Part shown: positions 32,903 to 41,900 of the stretch, one piece after another | Numbering within the stretch: position 1 is the first letter of the stretch | How the letters are laid out: every line of letters starts with the position of its first letter | Origin: Naegleria gruberi | Taxonomy: Eukaryota | Strand: one strand, 5' to 3' | DNA: 64,000 nt | Assembly (NCBI GenBank): GCA_000004985.1 | Contig: GG738903.1 | Position numbers and translations under genes: made by a program | Notes under the pieces: model-generated | Told to the model about the DNA's origin: nothing | Databases searched by the model: none | What the model saw: only the letters and a program-made list of their open reading frames with translations

Positions 32903-34963
32903 ATGGCTAAATGTCACATTTGTTTATTCACACTAATGTTAGTGCTTTTAATTTCATGTTCTACAGAGGCTGGAATTTCGTCTGGACTTTTGTCAAAGGT
33001 GAAGGATGGTGATTGTGTGGTTGGGGTGAGAACGTTTCTGATAATGTTTGTGTGGAAACATAAATTTTCAAACGAAACTTTGACGAAATTGATTACTGCT
33101 AAAGATAACGATTCCAGAAGAAAGTATTTGGTCGAATCGTTGCAGGAGAGAGGTTTAACTATTGGTACCATACGCGATTATACACCTTTTCTTTCGAGTT
33201 ATTTCAAATATTCTAATCTTTCACTTTCTCATGGCCTTTCGAATAGCATACTATCATCTAGCTATTTTTCTATTTACCCACAAGTTGACATGTGTCAAAG
33301 AAGAGATTATTTTACGAGATATGATGCCATTTTGTTAGATCCCTATAACTTTGCTTATTACGTCAGGTTTTACAGAGATGTTGGGATGACATCTGGCATC
33401 TACATGAACAGTGATGACTTTGTGGCTGTACCACTCATTCCCTTCGAAGTCTACACTCAAACTACAAGAAATCAAGTTTCCTCCTTATTTGATTTGAATG
33501 TTGCAAGCTGTGATGCAAAACCTGACATTTCTGATGCGCAGTTTTTGAGAAGGTTGACAGGTTATGCTAATTTCTCACAACAAGATGTTGAAATAATTGG
33601 TAATGTTACTGGGAAATCACAAGTTTATGGAAATTGGACACTTGTGAATAACTTTCTAAATATGGAAATGGCAGAACTTACCATAAATGAAACATGGCAA
33701 CAATTACTACCTTCCACATGCTATATGTGTTCAACTGATGGTTGTTATGGTGAAAATTTCTGGCCGGTTCTTGATCTTTTCATCATTCCACAGTTACTAA
33801 TTATAGTAATTTACTTTTTATTACTTTTTGGGTTGAAAATTTACAAAAAACCTTCAATGAAACGAAGAATTGGAATTCCCTATACCCCAATTCATATCCT
33901 GGCTATCGTGATTACCTTTACTGGGCTCTCTAGAACTTGTGTTGGCTTTTGGTATAGTGCATGTTTGTTTAGTTTCTTTTGGTGGATATTGATCTATGTC
34001 AGTACAATTATTCGATTCTACTATTTGCGTAATTTGTATGCTCTCATAGTGATGTTTCCAAATAGAGAAAAGATGTTGAAAATGTTAGCTTCTCAGAAAG
34101 TTGGAATACTCATGACAGTTATGTTGACTTTTGTCATTTCACAAATATTGAATCTAGTCAGTGTTTACTTTTTTGTGAATGAAGATAAGGTTGGGGCTGA
34201 TTTTTATAGACCCATTATTGGTATCATTCTTTTATTATCATTGTGGGTCTTTGGTGGTTGTTGCTTTTTATTAGATTTGTTTCTCCAGAGAAAAACTATT
34301 CGAAAGGGTGGCATTCGAAAGTTTTTCTTCTTTGATGATCCATTCTACTTGAGAATAGACTTGATTTCTTCCATATTACCTGTCATTATTGCAATAATTA
34401 CTGGAATTGAGGTTTCCTCAAATGAAGGTATTGAAGCTCTTTCAATTTTCACAGGAATTTTCAATACCTTACTTTGTTTTAGTTTAGTTCAGATTAGTGG
34501 AGGAAATGTGCTAATGATTGAGATTTACAAAATGGTAAAAAGACGAAAGGAATCTTCACAATTGACCTGGGATCAAGAATTAACAAATTCAGATTTACTC
34601 CAAATTTTAAAGGAATATTCCGAAAAGGAGTTTAGTTCAGAGAATTACGAATTTTATATCAAGTTGAAATCACTTCAGAATAGAAAATTTATCAAGTTGA
34701 AGGAATTGCAAGAAATAGAAGCTGAATTTATTCGAAACTATTCAAAATACGAAGTGAATATTCCATCTTCATGCAAAAAGACTTTTTATGAACTTTTAAA
34801 CAAATGCCAAGAAGAATCCCAATTAGAATTTCAATTAATTTGGGATTGTGTTGCTCCAGAATTATTACTCAACCTTCAAGATACCTTCAATCGATTACAA
34901 GATACCTCAATATATGCCAAATGGCTTTCAGTTCAATCTTTGAAAGAAAACAATAATGTTTAG
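32903..34963 (+). CDS. 7TM receptor with C-terminal RGS domain (GPCR-RGS hybrid, AtRGS1 / fungal GprK-like), 686 aa, with signal peptide and an approx 260-aa ectodomain
   Basis: Signal peptide MAKCHICLFTLMLVLLISCS; seven hydrophobic helices between aa about 290 and 540; RGS signature LLQILKEYSEKEFSSENYEFYIKLKSL...EIEAEFIRNYSKYEVNI. Confidence 0.7.
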   Translation: MAKCHICLFTLMLVLLISCSTEAGISSGLLSKVKDGDCVVGVRTFLIMFVWKHKFSNETLTKLITAKDNDSRRKYLVESLQERGLTIGTIRDYTPFLSSYFKYSNLSLSHGLSNSILSSSYFSIYPQVDMCQRRDYFTRYDAILLDPYNFAYYVRFYRDVGMTSGIYMNSDDFVAVPLIPFEVYTQTTRNQVSSLFDLNVASCDAKPDISDAQFLRRLTGYANFSQQDVEIIGNVTGKSQVYGNWTLVNNFLNMEMAELTINETWQQLLPSTCYMCSTDGCYGENFWPVLDLFIIPQLLIIVIYFLLLFGLKIYKKPSMKRRIGIPYTPIHILAIVITFTGLSRTCVGFWYSACLFSFFWWILIYVSTIIRFYYLRNLYALIVMFPNREKMLKMLASQKVGILMTVMLTFVISQILNLVSVYFFVNEDKVGADFYRPIIGIILLLSLWVFGGCCFLLDLFLQRKTIRKGGIRKFFFFDDPFYLRIDLISSILPVIIAIITGIEVSSNEGIEALSIFTGIFNTLLCFSLVQISGGNVLMIEIYKMVKRRKESSQLTWDQELTNSDLLQILKEYSEKEFSSENYEFYIKLKSLQNRKFIKLKELQEIEAEFIRNYSKYEVNIPSSCKKTFYELLNKCQEESQLEFQLIWDCVAPELLLNLQDTFNRLQDTSIYAKWLSVQSLKENNNV

Positions 34964-35200
34964 AACATTCCAACTCTATTAATGGGTTATTGGCATAATA
35001 AATATGATAATATTTCAATGAACCAAATATCAGAAAGCATGGGAAACTGATGAATAGGTTACTTGTTTGCCCTTTTTGTAAAGTAATGAAATATGGTGAT
35101 TTCAAAGATGGTCTCCTTTCATCTTTATTCAAAGATGTGAATGTCTAAAGCATTCTTTTGAACTCTTTTGTTGCATGGCCATTCTTGTTTCAAAGTTGGT

Positions 35201-36484
35201 TTAACTCCTTAATGCCAATGTATAATAGTATGGTACCAAGAAATTGTACAATACAAATAATGGATCTGTGGTTGGTATCTTTTTCAAAACTCTCATCGAG
35301 TACCAAAATCTCTTTTCATCAGTTCCAATTTGATGTCTCTCCACAATGGCTAACTTCTCTCCTGGATAAATGTTACCATGCTTTGGACTCTTGTAGACAT
35401 ATTGGATGTACTTGTGTGCATCAGAGTTGGTTGTTCTGGCCGCATAGATGTATCTGTCAATAACGAGTGCCAACACACTAGTTTCATTGGCAGAAAAGAT
35501 TGCAAAATCAGAATTACTAGGGTCACTCGATGTTGAAATTGCAGTGTCCAATTGTTTGATAGATCCCAACTCTGCATCTCCACATCCAAATATTGTGAAT
35601 TTTTCAGATTTTTCAAAAGCTAAATAAGGTGTTTGACTTCCAACTTCCATGACATAATCTAATTGAAATTAAATAGTATTTAACCAGAAATAATATTATT
35701 ATTAAATAATTAATAATACTACATATTACATACGGTGCTTTGTTGATCCATGAACATTATACAATCTGTATTTGAATAATTCAGGACTATTCAATTCACA
35801 ATACTGATCGTATTTAGGATAGGAATCACAAATTCCATTCTTTGCAAATGAAAAATAATTCAAATAGGTAACAGAGCTTGTTTCAACTCTTGTGTAGGTG
35901 TAATCTCCAGGATTACCAACAACCAGTGAAGAATTCCAAACCACATCATTATTAGCCTCATTCATATAATTTTCAATAGCACTATCCGTAAATGGTTGAC
36001 AATTATAATTTGTTGGTTTAGGAACGACGGCTTTTGTCAGAATGACTTCTGTTACTATAAAGTAGAGAGAAAAACCAATTAAAAGTGCTGCAATAATCAA
36101 TCCAAGACTAATATAAACTGCTCTATTCATATACTTGTTCCAATCAATGGTCGGTTTTTGTGGTTGTTCAAATTCTTCCAAGTCTTTTGCGTTGGCAACA
36201 TCCTTAATATTATTATGGGTGTTTATCCTTGTTGGTACCTCCTCCAATTCCTCTTCCGATGAATTTCTATCCAGTGAAGATAATGGTGCCGACGACTGAT
36301 GAATAGTAGGTTCCTCATCATCATGTTGTCCATACTTGGATACTTTTTTTAATGCTGATTTTTTAGGTGAATGTAGAGTAACAACATTTCCGTGATTGTA
36401 TGAATGACCCACCGAGTAATGATGATGATGGTCGTGATTGGGCGAGTTTGCTGGTGAGTGATTGAATGATTCTTCGTTATTCAT
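35201..36484 (-). CDS. Hypothetical single-pass (type II) membrane protein, 2 exons join(complement(35201..35658),complement(35734..36484)); His-rich cytosolic N-terminus
   Basis: Exon 1 ends ...GSTKH|c with a GTATGT donor; 75-nt intron; CAATTAG acceptor restores the frame into ...HYVMEVGSQTPY; TM segment AVYISLGLIIAALLIGFSLYFIV. Confidence 0.5.
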
Positions 36485-36731
36485 TTTTTTTTGATTTTTT
36501 TTAATTAATATTAATTTTTCGGGTGATGATTTTCAATTTGGGTAACGGATCTTTATTTGGAAAACATATTATTATTATTATTGTAATACAGTATTAAATA
36601 GTATTAAGATGATTTACCATTGCAATGGAATACCATCGAATTGAATAAAGATTCCGCGTATGCATAAATTTTTTTCTCAAATTTGTAAAGTTAAGGGAAA
36701 TAAATGTTTGTTTTTATTGAACATTGTGGTA

Positions 36732-37298
36732 TTACTTTCCAAATTTCATCTTAATGTTGGTAATTGAAATTTCTTGTTCAGATTCTTCATCATAGTCAAA
36801 ATATTCCATATTTTCCAAGTTGACTTCAAATTTGTTTCCATCACTGAAAGCAACCAATCCTTCACTTCCTTCTGGTTCCCATTTGACAATATCAACACCA
36901 CGACACTGTACACAACCAACTGTCAATTCACCCTAGCACATACAGAACTACTTACATCAAATTGAACGAGTGGGAAGAATTTTTCACTTTGAGTAATTTC
37001 CTTAAATGATCCACTAATCACATCAATGGTGGCATGTCTCTTGCAGACAGAGCATGAAAAGTTAACATTGGTAGCACTAGTTCCTGCCTTAACATTCTTA
37101 TCTTCCTTTTCATTTTCACAAATAAAGATGTGCTTGGCGTGTTCAGTTTGGCTGTAAGATCGTTTGTTAATATTAAATTCATTGCTTCCGATAAATGTCT
37201 ACTCACCAATTTGGACACTTGACTTTAACTCTCCAGGTAAAAGCAGCTGGATCTTCAATGGTGACCTTCTCCAATCCTTGGAGTGTCATGGCTACCAT
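36732..37298 (-). CDS. CXXC-motif zinc-binding protein CZIB (DUF866/UPF0587, C1orf123-like), approx 162 aa, 3 exons join(complement(36732..36932),complement(36956..37151),complement(37207..37298))
   Basis: MVAMTLQGLEKVTIEDPAAFTWRVKVKCPNC | QTEHAKHIFICENE...NFSCSVCKRHATIDV...LVQFD | GELTVGCVQCRGVDIVKWEPEG...; two CxxC pairs and a length typical of the family; intron 1 is 55 nt (GTGAGT..TACAG); intron 2 is only 23 nt (GTAAGT..CTAG). Confidence 0.7.
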
Positions 37299-37958
37299 TC
37301 ATCATTTATATTAATTATTATTAATTTTGTTAGCATTTAATCATGATGTTATTAATATATATAATATTTCATCAATATGTTCATCATCATCGTGTTTGAT
37401 AATAACACCAATTTCATTATTCCGAACCAATCATCAAATCATCATCATATGTAATTAATTATAATAATTATTATTAATCCAACAAGAGTTGAAATACAAA
37501 AGGAAGAAAATTCATAATGATGAAAATGATAAAATCAGGTATTAATTGTGTTAGATTCCGATTGAAAAATTCCGAATAAAAGAAACGAACCAACTTCGAG
37601 GGTTTGTTTTGGCATTTTTTTTGTGTTTTTTTTAGGTGCAAATTTGGAATTTGGAATGTAAAATGATTAAAAAGGAAATTTTGTTTTTTTTTGAGAATTG
37701 TTGAGGGAATTGAAAATTTGATTTCTATTTATGTAATATTTTAATGAATTAAAAGAAAAATTAATGAAATTATTAGGAATATTGAAGGTTTGGAAAGAAA
37801 AATTGAATTGAAGAGTTTGATTTGGTTGTTCTAGATGAGAAAATTCCAAAAGGAGCTGGTGTTCCAAATGTTCTCACTTTAATTCCATAATTGACAAAAT
37901 TGCAAAATTTCCAAATTAATTTTCATTTTTTATAATTTTAATAAAAAATTAAAAATAA

Positions 37959-38798
37959 TTAAAAATAAAATAATTTTTCAAACCTACCAATACAGGAAGG
38001 ACAATTAGTAACCTTCCACGACTGCAAAGCTTCCGAATCACTAATCACCACATGAACCTTATTATTCTTAATCAATTCAAATTGTTCATCAAAAGATGTA
38101 AAAATTTTCTTGGCAAGTGGCAGCGTTTGATTCGCCAATGTTTCATAATAAGTTCCAAAATATGCTGCAACGATAATATCAGGCGAATTCAACTGTGAAA
38201 TATCTTTCAAATTTGCAAAAGTTGCATTATTTTCCTTATTTAGTAACGTTCGTAAAAATCCATTTGCAGTAGATCCATATCCACAATCAGAAAACTGAAC
38301 CTTGGACCTTCTCTCTGTAGTATATGTCGAATCAGCAACTGAAACATCACATTCCTCAGTTTCCACTGCCTTCTTCATCGATTCAAAGAATCCATCAGTG
38401 GCATTTACATATACGAAACGAGTTGCTAGGGAAGTTCCATATTTTGAGTTGATTGCACTCACTAATTCCAATCCAACCCTTTTGTAAATATCTGCCCACA
38501 TTGTGTCAGAAGTTACACCATCATAGCAGAGCTTTAATTCTTTAACTGAGCTTGGAATGGGAAATTTGGTTGGCCAACTGGGATTACTGGTGCACGCAGG
38601 AACACTGAATGCAACAGTATTGGCAATATAATTAATAAACGATTTGGAGGAAGACACTTGTTTCATGGCTGCATTAATCATTTGGTTGAATTCGATGGAA
38701 ACTAGCTGGTTAGGGATTGTAGATGTTTGACAGTGAATTGCCTTCCAATAAAACATTAGAAAGAGGATAATGGGAAGAGCTCTCATTGATAACGACAT
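37959..38798 (-). CDS. Secreted periplasmic-binding-protein-like protein (solute-binding family 3 / ionotropic-glutamate-receptor ligand-binding-like), approx 279 aa
   Basis: Signal peptide MRALPIILFLMFYWKAIHC; CDVSVADSTYTTERRSKVQFSDCGY resembles the PBPb / Lig_chan motif (D.A.A.TIT.ER...DFS.PY). Confidence 0.5.
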   Translation of the reverse strand: MSLSMRALPIILFLMFYWKAIHCQTSTIPNQLVSIEFNQMINAAMKQVSSSKSFINYIANTVAFSVPACTSNPSWPTKFPIPSSVKELKLCYDGVTSDTMWADIYKRVGLELVSAINSKYGTSLATRFVYVNATDGFFESMKKAVETEECDVSVADSTYTTERRSKVQFSDCGYGSTANGFLRTLLNKENNATFANLKDISQLNSPDIIVAAYFGTYYETLANQTLPLAKKIFTSFDEQFELIKNNKVHVVISDSEALQSWKVTNCPSCIGRFEKLFYF

Positions 38799-38933
38799 TT
38801 TTTTCAATTTAGAGATAAGGAATCGATAGATTTTGTTGGATTATTATCTTTGACCGAAACTGATGCTCATTGGCAACACCGAGATTGATTGGGAAAAAAA
38901 CCATCAATAGCTTTCTAATTTATTGTAGAAAAT

Positions 38934-41900
38934 TTACAAGAAAATAAACATTGCTGCCACAAATACGACCAACAAATGAGATAGATATTGTCTACTTGGG
39001 TTTGAATGATTCAATCTTAATGATTGGCTAATGATTGGTGAGGTTTTGGATGGTTGGATTGGAGGTTTCTGTTGGGCTGCGCTAAAAACTTGAATAATAT
39101 CGAATGCATTGTGAATTGAAGTACCACTCTCATCCAGATTAAGCTCTCTGTTTGAAGAGGTGCTTTTCATGATCGATTCTGTATGAATAAAACAAGTGTT
39201 GACCTGTACACTTTCTGATGAACCTATTGGAAACATGTTTGATTGGATGGTAAATTTGAAACCTAATTGGAAATTAATTAATGGAAACTTGATCAATTCA
39301 GTTCCATATTGTGAAGAAACGACTTGGTTATCAATTAAGTGAAGCCAATTTGACATGGTTGTAGAATTATATCTTTGACAACCGTAGGAATTCTGAGATG
39401 GATCATAGGTTGGCATTGAAACTCCTGATTTTGTGCAACAGAGATAGGCATTCTTAATAGATAACGAGATTGATGAAGGAAGAGATGAGGATTTTCCATT
39501 AGAATCTACAATATTAACCAAAACGTGTGGAGAATCTGAAATTGTGAATAAATTTTTAGGTTGACCAAAGTTGTTGGAATATAGATTAACTTGAGTTGAG
39601 TATTTGAGTTCGGTTGGAGGAGGGTTGATTGGCATAGTGTAAGATAAAGAAATACTTAACAAAACTTGAACAATTTTCTCACCGGTTCTAACTTGAATTG
39701 AAAAGGTAAAAATTCCAGAAATGTACGAAACTTTCTGCTTTGAGCTAATAATGAGATTATAACTATTTGGTTGATATTCACTCAAGATAATATCAAAATC
39801 AATATTTTGATAAGGTTGGGAGCCCAAATAACTCACAGAGACCACAGTCACATTATTAGTAAATAATTTGCCTGATAGGGAGAACAATCCATCCTGAATA
39901 GTAATAATTTCTTTTCTGTAATTTACATTAACATTGTCTCCAAAAGTCATGTTTCCATTCACGTCCATACCAATCATTTGGTGAGAGGATAAAACAAGCT
40001 TAACTTGATGATTCACTCCATAATTCACAATTTCACAATAATCTCCATTTTGAGAATCGAATTTGTTGGTGATTAGTCCAATATTAATTGGAACGTTTAG
40101 GGTGAGAACAGTTCCTGAGGAATCTAGCTGTTTAACAATACGAGAATCATTCATCAAAGTGGAGATGCTGGTTGTGAGTGAGTATTGGGCTTGACATTCG
40201 AATAATTGTTCTGGTTGGAAGGATGGTTGATTCTTGGAACAGGAATCAATGCTGGAATGAGAAATTACAGTTTGGTTTGTGGTAGAGAGAAGGCTCTTTG
40301 GTATTTTGATAGAGTAGGTCAATTGGTAGCCTCCACCTGAACTAGAAACGCTCACTATTGGGGTCTCTGATAATTGAGAGCATGGATTTTCTTGAGTATC
40401 TTGAATATCACATCTAATACCAAAACTTCCTAATGGACATGTTTCACATGAAGTTGCATTAGTGCAAGTGTTACATGTAATTAAGCATGTCTCAGTACAG
40501 TTTCGTCCAAAATATCCGAATTGACAAACTAAACAAGTAGAATTGGAAATATCGCAACTAATGCATCTTTCAGGACATTCAACGGATGGTATTCCATTAT
40601 TATCATCCCCTGAATCAACTTGCAAACTATTCAATACAGGAATATCGTATGCAGTTGTAAATAAAGAACTAGCCGATTCGAATGTAAGTTTAAACTTTGA
40701 AGGAAGGATAGCACCTTGGATTGGAACCAATTCGAATGTCAATTGGCTATCAGTACACAAAGTGTTGATTCCACTGAAATAATTTCTCAAAACAATCACG
40801 TTATTGTTTTGATCGAAAGCTTTCAGATAGAGGAAGGCTTCTTGATCACTTTGTTGTAATGATTTTTGAAGGGATTCTCTCCAATAATGGTCCATTCCAT
40901 TGATTTTCACATTTATAATGGTAGTATTGATATTGGAAAGTCTTTCAAGGTTTGTTAGACCTTTGTCGAAACTTAGAGAAATGTCAGTATTTGGCAAATT
41001 CTCAACAGAAAATGAAATAGATTGAGAAGTAATTAAATGAGTATAACCAAACAGGAAATTACCATAATTCGTCTTAAATGAAATTGGCAATCTTTCAATA
41101 ACATTGCTCGATCCAATATAATCTGGAACTCTCGAACTAGCTGTCATGATTGATGAAGGATCTGAAAAAGAAGGTGGAATATTTTTAGTACTTGAGCTGA
41201 GATAAACTTTTCCAATTGGATAGGAGGCGAATTGTTGTTTGAGAACAATTCCAGATTTTCCAGAATTCTTTTCACGTGTCAAAATTTCAGAAAGGTCTTT
41301 GTAACCATAACCAAATGTGCTTGGATTCATAGAGATGGAAATTGGTTCATTATATTTGGGAACATGAACTAGGGAAAGTTCTAATTGGAATGTCTTGGTA
41401 GTTGTTGCAAGATTCTTGAGACGAATTTGGACGAAACGATCGAATACTACACAATTTCCCTTGATATTCGAAATTGAGTCAGTATCCAATACGAACATGT
41501 TATTATCTACTGTCTTGGTAAGAGTATTGTAGACATATCCATCACTTGTTACAATTCGAATGTCAAGCTCAAAATTATTGACAATCAAATTGCCAGTTGT
41601 AGAATCAATAACTCTCAAGTAAACTTTAGAATTGGTATTCAGAGCAACACTGTCATAGAAAGTTCTACAATCGAATGCAAAATAAGTTTGTTCTTGACTT
41701 GCTAAATTTTTGGCACTTGATGGAATTCCATTTACAAGTTTGTAATTTGGAAATACTGAAATAGTGACAGGTTTAGTAGTTGCAATACCAACTTCTGTTC
41801 CGTACTGATTATCCTTCAACATTGGGATATAGCTTCCTGTTTGAGTCAGAGTATAGGTCAATCCAACACCAGGTTTAGGTTTAGCATAGAAAGCTCTGTA

